Positions 53,301 through 64,000 of a stretch of 64,000 nucleotides of DNA are shown piece by piece. The DNA is from the human T2T-CHM13v2.0 reference genome, Homo sapiens. Numbering within the stretch: position 1 is the first letter of the stretch; every line of letters starts with the position of its first letter. A program made the translations under genes and the position numbers. The notes below the pieces were generated by a model. The model saw nothing but the letters and a program-made list of their open reading frames with translations. It searched no databases and was not told where the DNA came from. The stretch is taken from assembly GCF_009914755.1 (NCBI RefSeq), contig NC_060940.1; one strand, 5' to 3'.

Positions 53301-56300
53301 TTTGAGTCCATTCGATGATGATTCCATTCCATTCCATTCGATGATTCCGTTTGATTCCATTCGATGATTCCCTTCCATTCCTTTCTTTGATGATTCCATT
53401 CCATTCCATTCAATGATTCCATTCGAATCTATTCCATGATGATTCCTTTCGATTCCATTCGCTGATGTTTCCGTTCAATTCCATTCGATGATGATTCCAT
53501 TCGATTCCATTCATTGAGGATTCCATTTGATTCCATTCAATGATGATTCCGTTCTATTCCATTCAATGATTGCATTCAATTCCATTCAGTGATTATCCCC
53601 TTAGAGTAAACTCAACGATTCCATTCAATACCATTCGATGATGATTCCTTTTGAGTCCATTCAATGATTTCATTCAAGTCCATTTGATGATTCCTTTCAA
53701 TTCCATTCTATGATGATTCCATTCGAGTCCATTCGATGATTCCATTCGATTGCATTCGATGATTCCATTATATTCCAGTCAACGATGATTCCATTCGAGT
53801 CCATTCGATGATTCCATTAGAGTACATTTAATGATTGCTTTGTTTTCAATTCGAAGATGATTACATTGGATTCCATTCTATGATACCATTCGATTCCATT
53901 CAATGATGATTCCACTCAAATCCATTGGATGATTCCATTCGTGTCCATTCGGTGATTTCATTAGATTCCATTCGAGGATGATTCCATTCGATTCCATTCG
54001 ATGATTCCATTCAATTCCATTCGAGGATGATTCCATTCCAGTCCATATGATCATTCCATTTGATTTCATTCGATGATGATTCCATTCGATTCCATTCGAT
54101 GATTCCATTCTATTCCATTCGATGATGATTCCATTCGAGTCCATTCGATGATTCCATTCGAGTCCATTTAATGATTCCATTGGGTTCAATTCAATGATGA
54201 TTACATTGGATTCCGTTCTATGATTCCATTCAATTCCGTTCATTGACAATTTGATTCCATTCGATGATGATTCCATTTGAGTTCATTCGATGATTCTATT
54301 CGATTCTCTTCGATGGTGATTCAATTCTATTATATTGGATGATTCCATTCGATTCCATTTGATGTTGATTCAATTCGATTCTATTCGATGATGATTCCAT
54401 TGGATTTCACTTGATGATTCTATTCGATTCCATTCAATGATGATTCACTTCTCGTCCATTGGATGATTCCATTTCATTCCATTCGATGATGATTCCATTC
54501 GATTCCATTCGATGATTCCATTTGATTCCATGCGTCGGTGAGCAATTCGATTCAATTCCATGATGATTCTATTTGATTCAATTAGATGATGTTTCCATTC
54601 GAATCCATTCCATGATTATTCCATTGGAATCCATTCGGCGATGATTCCATATGAGTCAATTCAATGATGATTCCATATGGGTCCGTTCGATGATAATTCC
54701 ATTTGATTTCATTCGGTGCTTCTATTCAATTCCAGTCGATGATGATTCCGTTGGAGTCCATACGATGATTCCATTTGATTTCATTTGATGATGATTCCAT
54801 TCGATGATGATTACATTGGATTCCATTCTATGATTCCATTCAATTCCATTCGTTGATGATTCGATTCCATTCAATGATGATTCCATTTGAGTTCATTCGA
54901 TGATTCTATTCGATTCCGTTCGATGGTGATTCAATTCTCTTATATTGGATGAATCCACTCGATTCCATTTGATGATTATTCCATTGGAGTCCACTTAGTG
55001 AATCCTTCAGATTCTACTCGAAGATGATTCCATTCAAGTCCATTCGATGATACCATTCAATTCCATTCGTTGATGCTTCCATTCAAGTGCATTCGATGAT
55101 ATCATTCGATTCCATTTGATGATAATTCCATTTGATTCCATGCGATGATTCTATTCGATTCCATTCAATGATAATTCCATTCAGTTCAGTGATTCCTCTG
55201 GACTCCATTTGATGATGATTCCATTCAATGATTCCATTCGATTCTATTCGAAAGTGATTCCATTTGAATCCATTTGATGATGATTCCATTAGATTCCATT
55301 TGATGATTCCATTCGATTCCATTTGACGATGATTCCATTCGATTCCATGTGATGATTCCATTCTATTCTATTCGATGATGATTCCATTCGATTCCATTCG
55401 ATGATGATTGGATTCGATTCCATTTGATGATTTCATTTGATTCCATTCGTTAATGATTTCGATCAATTCCATTCGATGATTTCATTCGATTCCATTCGAT
55501 AATGATTACATCCGTGTCCATTCAGTGATTCCATTTGAGCCTGTTCGATAATTCCATTTGAGTCCAACCAATGATTCCATTCATTTCCCTTCCATGATTC
55601 CATTCGAGTCCATTTGATCATTCCGGTAGGGTCCATTCGATGTTGATTCCATTGGAGTGCATTCGATGATTCCATTCGAGTCCATTTTATGATTTGATTC
55701 GAGTTCTTTCGATGATTCCATTCGATTCCACTCGATGATGATTTCATTCGAGTCCATTCGACACTTCCAATCGATTCCATTTGATGTTTCCATTCGAGTC
55801 CAATTGATGATTCCATTCAATTCCATTCGATGATGATTCCGTACGATTCCATTCTGTGATGATTCCATGTGATTGCATTCAATGATGATTCCTTTAGATT
55901 GCATTCGATTGTGATTCATTTCGTCTTCATTCTATGGTTCCACAGGTTTCCATTCGTGTCCATTCCATTATTCCATTCTATTCCATTTGATGATGATTCC
56001 ATTCGATTCCATTCATTGGTGATTCCACTCAATTCCATTCAATGATTCCATTCCATTTCTTTCAACAATGATTCCATTAGTTTCTAATCGATGATCCACT
56101 TGATTCCATTTGACGACGATTCCATTCTTGTCCATTCGATGATTCCATTTGATTCCATATGATGATGATTCCATTCGATTCCATACGATGATGATTCCAT
56201 TCGAGTCCATTCAATGGTGATTCCATTCAATTCCATTCGATGATTCCTTTCGATTCCATTCGATGATGATGGCATTCGATTCCTTTCAATCATTCCCTTT

Positions 56301-56698
56301 GATTCCATTCAAAGGTGATTTCATTCAAGTCCATTCGATAATTGCATTCGATTCCATTCTATGATGATTCCATTCGAGTCCATTTGATGATTCCATTCAA
56401 TTCAAGTCAATGATGATTCCATTCGATTCCATTCGATGATTCCATTGGATTCCATTCGATGATGATTCCATTCAAATCCATTCGATAATTCAATTCAAGT
56501 CCATTCGATGATGATTAAAATCGAATCCATTCAAAGATTCCATTCAGTTCCATTCGATGATTCCCTTAGATTCCATTCGATGATTCCACTTGATTTCATT
56601 TACGATGATTCCATTCGATTCCATGTGATGATTCCATTCAATTCTATTCAATGCTGTTTCCATTTCTTTCCATTCGACCATGATTGCCTTTGATTCCA
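38363..56698 (+). repeat. Three exact-length 6112-bp units U8 (38363-44474), U9 (44475-50586), U10 (50587-56698)
   Basis: ORF markers recur at exactly +6112 (e.g. 41654/47766/53878 and 43357/49469/55581). Confidence 0.93.
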
Positions 56699-59600
56699 TT
56701 CAATGACTCCATTCGGTTCCTTTTGATGATGATTCCGTTCGATTCCATTTCATTATTCCATTTGATTCCATTGGATGAGTCCATTCGATTACATTCGATG
56801 ATTATTCCATTCGAGTGCATTAGATGATTCCATTCGAGTCCATTCGATGATTCCATTCGATTCCATTCGATGTTGATTCTGTTCAAATCCATTCGATGAT
56901 TCCACTCGATTCCATTCGATGACTCCAGTTGATCCCATTCGATGATTTCCTTTGATTCCCTTTGATGATCATTCCATTTGATTCAATTCGGTGATTTCAT
57001 TTGATTCCATTCAGTGATGTTTCCATTCGACTCCATTCGATGATGATTCCATTCGACTCCATTCGATGATGATTCCATTCGACTCCATTCGATTATGATT
57101 TCATTCAATTCCATTCGATAATGATTCCCTTCGAGTCCATTCGATGATTCCATTCGATTCCATTCAACGATGATTTGATTCGTGTCCATTCGATGATTCC
57201 ATTTGATTCCACTTGATGATGATTCCATTCGAGTCCATTTGATGATTCCATTCAATTCCATTCTCCGATGATTTCTTTTGAGCCCACTCAATGCTTCCAC
57301 TCGATTCCATATGATGATGACTCCATTCGATGAAATTCGATGATGATTCCATTCGCTTGCATTCGATGATGATTCCACTTGAGTCCATTAGAAGATTCTA
57401 TTCAATTACATTCCATGACGATTCCGTTCGAGTCCATTTGATGATTCCATTAGACTCCATTCGACGATGATTCCATTCGATGTTATTCGATGATTCCATT
57501 CGATCTCATTCGATGATGATTCCATTCAACTCCATTCGATGTTTCCATTCGAGTTCATTCTATTATTCCATTAGATTCCATTCGATGATGATTCCATTCG
57601 ATTCCATTTGATGATTGCATTCTATTTCATTTGATGATGATTCCATTCGAGTCCACTCGATGATTCCATTCGAGTCCATTTAATGAATCCATTGGTTTCA
57701 ATTCTATGATGATTACATTGGATTCCATTCGTTGATGATTTCATTCGGTTCCATTCAATGATGATTCCATTCAATTCCTTTCAATGTTTCCATTCAATTC
57801 CATACGATGATGATTCCATTTGATTTGATTCGACAGTGAGCCATTCGATTCAATTCCATGATGATTCTATTTGATTCCATTGGTTGACATTTCCATTCGA
57901 TTCCATTCGATGATGATTCCCTTTGATTCCATTCAAAGATGATTCCATTCTAGCCCATTCAATCATTCCATTCGATTCTATTCAATGATGATTCCATTCA
58001 TGTCGATTTGGTGATTCCATTTGACTTCATTTGATGATGATTCCTTTCAAGTTCATTAGATGATTCCATTCGATTCCATTTGATGATGATCCCATTCGAG
58101 TCCATTCAGTGATTCCACTCGTTTCCATTCCATGATGATTCCATTCCATTCCATTCAATGATTCCATTCGATTCCGTTTGATGATGATTTCATTCGAGTC
58201 CATTTGATGATTCCATTTGATTCCATTCGATGATGATTCCATTCGAGTCCATTCGATGATTCTATTCGAATCCATTTGATGATTTCTTTTGATTATATTT
58301 GGTGATGATTCCATTGGAGTCCATTCAATGATTCCATTCGATTCCAATCGATGGTGATTCCATTAGAGTCCATTTAATGATTCCATTTGATTCCAGTCTC
58401 TGATGATTACATTCGAGTCCATACGATGATTCCACTCAATTCCATATCATGATGATTCCATTCGATTCCATTCGATGATTCCATTCTATTCTATTCAATG
58501 GTGATTCCATTCGAGTACATTAGATGATTCCATTCGATTCCATTCAATGATGATTCTATTTGTGTCCCTTAGATGATTCCACATGATTCCATTAGATGAT
58601 GATACTATTTGAGCCCATCCAATCATTCCCTTTGATTCCATTCGATGAGGATTCCATTCGATTCAATTCATTGGTGATTCTATTCAATTCAATTCTTTGA
58701 TTCCATTCCATTCCATTCGACAATGATTCCATTCGATTTCTTTCGATGATTCCACTCGATTCCACTTGACATTGATTCCCTTCGATTCCATTCAATGATT
58801 CCATTTGATTCCAGTGGATGATGATTGCCATCGATTCCATTTGATCACTCCATTCTATTCCACTTGATGATGATTACATTCGATTCCATTTGACGATTCC
58901 ATCTGATTCTATTCGAGGATTCCATTTGATTCCATTCGATGATGATTCCATTCGAGTCCATTCGATGATATCATTCGAGTACATCCAATGATTCCATTCG
59001 AGTCCATTTGATGATTCCATTTGATTCCATTTGATAATGATTCTACTAGAGTCCATTCAATGACTCCATTGGAGTCCATTCAACAATTCCATTCGACTCC
59101 ATTTGATGATTCCATTGGATTCCATTTGATGATTCCATTCGAGTCCATTTAATCATTACAGTCGAGTCCATTTGGTGATTCCACCGGCTTTCTTTTGATA
59201 ATGATACCATTCAATTACATTTGATGATGATCCCATTCAATTTCATTTGATGATGATTCCATTAGAGTCCATTCGATGATTTCATTCGAGTCCCTTCATT
59301 GATTCCATCCGATTTCATTGGATGATGACTCCATTCGAGTCCATTCGATGATTCCACTCGATTCCATTAGATGATTCCATTGGAGTCCATTTGATTGTTC
59401 CATTCGATTCCATTCGATTCCTTTCGAAGATTATTCCATTTGAGTCCATTCGATGATGATTCCATTCCATTCCATTCGATGATTCCGTTTGATTCCATTT
59501 GATGATTCCCTTCGATTCCTTTCTTTGATGATTCCATTCCATTCCATTCAATGATTCCATTCGAATCTATTCCATGATGATTCCTTTCGATTCCATTCGC

Positions 59601-62600
59601 TGATGTTTCCGTTCAATTCCATTCGATGATGATTCCATTCGATTCCATTCATTGAGGATTCCATTTGATTCCATTCAATGATGATTCCATTCTATTCCAT
59701 TCAATGATTGCATTCAATTCCATTAAGTGATTATCCCCTTAGAGTAAACTCAACGATTCCATTCAATACCATTCGATGATGATTCCTTTTGAGTCCATTC
59801 AATGATTTCATTCAAGTCCATTTGATGATTCCTTTGAATTCCATTCTATGATGATTCCATTCGAGTCCATTCGATGATTCCATTCGATTGCATTCGATGA
59901 TTCCATTATATTCCAGTCAACGATGATTCCATTCGAGTCCATTCGATGATTCCATTAGAGTACATTTAATGATTGCTTTGTTTTCAATTCGAAGATGATT
60001 ACATTGGATTCCATTCTATGATACCATTCGATTCCATTCAATGATGATTCCACTCAAATCCATTGGATGATTCCATTCGTGTCCATTCGGTGATTTCATT
60101 AGATTCCATTCGAGGATGATTCCATTCGATTCCATTCGATGATTCCATTCAATTCCATTCGAGGATGATTCCATTCCAGTCCATATGATCATTCCATTTG
60201 ATTTCATTCGATGATGATTCCATTCGATTCCATTCGATGATTCCATTCTATTCCATTCGATGATGATTCCATTCGAGTCCATTCGATGATTCCATTCGAG
60301 TCCATTTAATGATTCCATTGGGTTCAATTCAATGATGATTACATTGGATTCCGTTCTATGATTCCATTCAATTCCGTTCATTGACAATTTGATTCCATTC
60401 GATGATGATTCCATTTGAGTTCATTCGATGATTCTATTCGATTCTCTTCGATGGTGATTCAATTCTATTATATTGGATGATTCCATTCGATTCCATTTGA
60501 TGTTGATTCAATTCGATTCTATTCGATGATGATTCCATTGGATTTCACTTGATGATTCTATTCGATTCCATTCAATGATGATTCACTTCTCGTCCATTGG
60601 ATGATTCCATTTCATTCCATTCGATGATGATTCCATTCGATTCCATTCGATGATTCCATTTGATTCCATGCGTCGGTGAGCAATTCGATTCAATTCCATG
60701 ATGATTCTATTTGATTCAATTAGATGATGTTTCCATTCGAATCCATTCCATGATTATTCCATTGGAATCCATTCGGCGATGATTCCATATGAGTCAATTC
60801 AATGATGATTCCATATGGGTCCGTTCGATGATAATTCCATTTGATTTCATTCGGTGCTTCTATTCAATTCCAGTCGATGATGGTTCCGTTGGAGTCCATA
60901 CGATGATTCCATTTGATTTCATTTGATGATGATTCCATTCGATGATGATTACATTGGATTCCATTCTATGATTCCATTCAATTCCATTCGTTGATGATTC
61001 GATTCCATTCAATGATGATTCCATTTGAGTTCATTCGATGATTCTATTCGATTCCGTTCGATGGTGATTCAATTCTCTTATATTGGATGAATCCACTCGA
61101 TTCCATTTGATGATTATTCCATTGGAGTCCACTTAGTGAATCCTTCAGATTCTACTCGAAGATGATTCCATTCAAGTCCATTCGATGATACCATTCAATT
61201 CCATTCGTTGATGCTTCCATTCAAGTGCATTCGATGATATCATTCGATTCCATTTGATGATAATTCCATTTGATTCCGTGCGATGATTCTATTCGATTCC
61301 ATTCAATGATAATTCCATTCAGTTCAGTGATTCCTCTGGACTCCATTTGATGATGATTCCATTCAATGATTCCATTCGATTCCATTCGAAAGTGATTCCA
61401 TTTGAATCCATTTGATGATGATTCCATTAGATTCCATTTGATGATTCCATTCGATTCCATGCGACGATGATTCCATTCGATTCCATGTGATGATTCCATT
61501 CTATTCTATTCGATGATGATTCCATTCGATTCCATTCGATGATGATTGGATTCGATTCCATTTGATGATATCATTTGATTCCATTCGTTAATGATTTCGA
61601 TCAATTCCATTCGATGATTCCATTCGATTCCATTCGATAATGATTACATCCGTGTCCATTCAGTGATTCCATTTGAGCCTGTTCGATAATTCCATTTGAG
61701 TCCAACCAATGATTCCATTCATTTCCATTCAATGATTCCATTCGAGTCCATTTGATCATTCCGGTAGGGTCCATTCGATGTTGATTCCATTGGAGTGCAT
61801 TCGATGATTCCATTCGAGTCCATTTTACGATTTGATTCGAGTCCTTTCGATGATTCCATTCGATTCCACTCGATGATGATTTCATTCGAGTCCATTCGAC
61901 ACTTCCAATCGATTCCATTTGAGGTTTCCATTCGATTCCAATTGATGATTCCATTCAATTCCATTCGATGATGATTCCGTAGGATTCCATTCTGTGATGA
62001 TTCCATGTGATTGCATTCAATGATGATTCCTTTAGATTGCATTCGATTGTGATTCATTTCGTCTTCATTCTATGGTTCCACAGGTTTCCTTTCGTGTCCA
62101 TTCCATTATTCCATTCTATTCCATTTGATGATGATTCCATTCGATTCCATTCATTGGTGATTCCACTCAATTCCATTCAATGATTCCATTCCATTTCTTT
62201 CAACAATGATTCCATTAGTTTCTAATCGATGATCCACTTGATTCCATTTGACGACGATTCCATTCTTGTCCATTCGATGGTTCCATTTGATTCCATATGA
62301 TGATGATTCCATTCGATTCCATACGATGATGATTCCATTCGAGTCCATTCAATGGTGATTCCATTCAATTCCATTCGATGATTCCTTTCGATTCCATTCG
62401 ATGATGATGGCATTCGATTCCTTTCAATCATTCCCTTTGATTCCATTCAAAGGTGATTTCATTCAAGTCCATTCGATAATTGCATTCGATTCCATTCTAT
62501 GATGATTCCATTCGAGTCCATTTGATGATTCCATTCAATTCAAGTCAATGATGATTCCATTCGATTCCATTCGATGATTCCATTGGATTCCATTCGATGA

Positions 62601-62836
62601 TGATTCCATTCAAATCCATTCGATAATTCAATTCAAGTCCATTCGATGATGATTAAAATCGAATCCATTCAAAGATTCCATTCAGTTCCATTCGATGATT
62701 CCCTTAGATTCCATTCGATGATTCCACTTGATTTCATTTACGATGATTCCATTCGATTCCATGTGATGATTCCATTCAATTCTATTCAATGCTGTTTCCA
62801 TTTGATTCCATTCGACCATGATTGCCTTTGATTCCA
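56699..62836 (+). repeat. Higher-order unit U11 (6112 + 26-bp duplication)
   Basis: Same 26-bp duplication as U1 at ~57020-57073; the 131-aa ORF variant occurs only at 285..680 and 56983..57378. Confidence 0.9.
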
Positions 62837-64000
62837 TTCAATGACTCCATTCGGTTCCTTTTGATGATGATTCCGTTCGATTCCATTTCATTATTCCATT
62901 TGATTCCATTGGATGAGTCCATTCGATTACATTCGATGATTATTCCATTCGAGTGCATTAGATGATTCCATTCGAGTCCATTCGATGATTCCATTCGATT
63001 CCATTCGATGTTGATTCTGTTCAAATCCATTCGATGATTCCACTCGATTCCATTCGATGACTCCAGTTGATCCCATTCGATGATTTCCTTTGATTCCCTT
63101 TGATGATCATTCCATTTGATTCAATTCGGTGATTTCATTTGATTCCATTCAGTGATGTTTCCATTCGACTCCATTCGATGATGATTCCATTCGACTCCAT
63201 TCGATTATGATTTCATTCAATTCCATTCGATAATGATTCCCTTCGAGTCCATTCGATGATTCCATTCGATTCCATTCAACGATGATTTGATTCGTGTCCA
63301 TTCGATGATTCCATTTGATTCCACTTGATGATGATTCCATTCGAGTCCATTTGATGATTCCATTCAATTCCATTCTCCGATGATTTCTTTTGAGCCCACT
63401 CAATGCTTCCACTCGATTCCATATGATGATGACTCCATTCGATGAAATTCGATGATGATTCCATTCGCTTGCATTCGATGATGATTCCACTTGAGTCCAT
63501 TAGAAGATTCTATTCAATTACATTCCATGACGATTCCGTTCGAGTCCATTTGATGATTCCATTAGACTCCATTCGACGATGATTCCATTCGATGTTATTC
63601 GATGATTCCATTCGATCTCATTCGATGATGATTCCATTCAACTCCATTCGATGTTTCCATTCGAGTTCATTCTATTATTCCATTAGATTCCATTCGATGA
63701 TGATTCCATTCGATTCCATTTGATGATTGCATTCTATTTCATTTGATGATGATTCCATTCGAGTCCACTCGATGATTCCATTCGAGTCCATTTAATGAAT
63801 CCATTGGTTTCAATTCTATGATGATTACATTGGATTCCATTCGTTGATGATTTCATTCGGTTCCATTCAATGATGATTCCATTCAATTCCTTTCAATGTT
63901 TCCATTCAATTCCATACGATGATGATTCCATTTGATTTGATTCGACAGTGAGCCATTCGATTCAATTCCATGATGATTCTATTTGATTCCATTGGTTGAC
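62837..64000 (+). repeat. Partial unit U12, truncated by the window edge
   Basis: Anchor at 62837; colinear with the standard unit and lacking the 26-bp duplication. Confidence 0.9.

Larger units (their letters stand above)
1..64000 (+). repeat. Human Satellite 2 (HSat2/HSATII) tandem array, probably the HSat2B subfamily with ~6.1-kb higher-order unit (chr16q11.2-like)
   Basis: Continuous degenerate CATTCGATTC/CATTCGATGATGATTC repeats in 23/26-bp monomers with abundant TCGA and GANTC, unlike the simple (CATTC)n of HSat3. The 6112-bp period is visible from recurring ORF ends (e.g. 39016, 45128, 51240). Family call is secure; subfamily and chromosome rest on recalled unit length. Confidence 0.96.

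Noticed and set aside
285-63500. Over 100 minus-strand ORFs of 60-164 aa rich in MESSNGIEWNHH
   Set aside because: They are direct translations of the GAATG-strand repeat, where ATG is part of the monomer. They overlap in several frames, shift with indels and show no recognisable domain. Used only as positional markers.
1-64000. CRISPR-like or other prokaryotic repeat-spacer system
   Set aside because: No unique spacers, leader or cas genes; the sequence is continuous satellite.
1-64000. Strand inversion, embedded Alu/L1, alpha satellite or an HSat3 domain
   Set aside because: No GAATG-oriented tract, poly(A), 171-bp monomer or long pure (CATTC)n run was seen on the + strand.

Overview
The whole 64 kb is one uninterrupted, single-orientation array of Human Satellite 2 (HSat2/HSATII; CATTC strand on +), built from degenerate 23/26-bp monomers such as GATGATTCCATTCGATTCCATTC. 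I find no credible genes, transposons or inversions; the ORF track is a translation artefact of the repeat. The information lies in the higher-order structure. The basic unit is 6112 bp, matching my recollection of the ~6.1-kb unit of the chr16 pericentromeric HSat2B array (an inference, not verified). Phased on the motif at position 1, unit lengths are U1 6138, U2 6082, U3 4116, U4 5886, U5 6121, U6 4091, U7 5928, U8 6112, U9 6112, U10 6112, U11 6138, and U12 is partial. U2-U4 and U5-U7 form two tandem copies of a ~16.1-kb super-repeat. Each contains a short ~4.1-kb unit in which ~3.85 kb of the normal unit is replaced by a different ~1.82-kb HSat2 block. Other observations: indel sizes follow the satellite's 10/13/16-bp modules, there is a templated 49-bp insertion, several units are mosaics, and each full-length unit has one DUX4-consensus site. 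I see no evidence of a novel protein-coding system. All alignments were done by eye, using the ORF coordinates as anchors.
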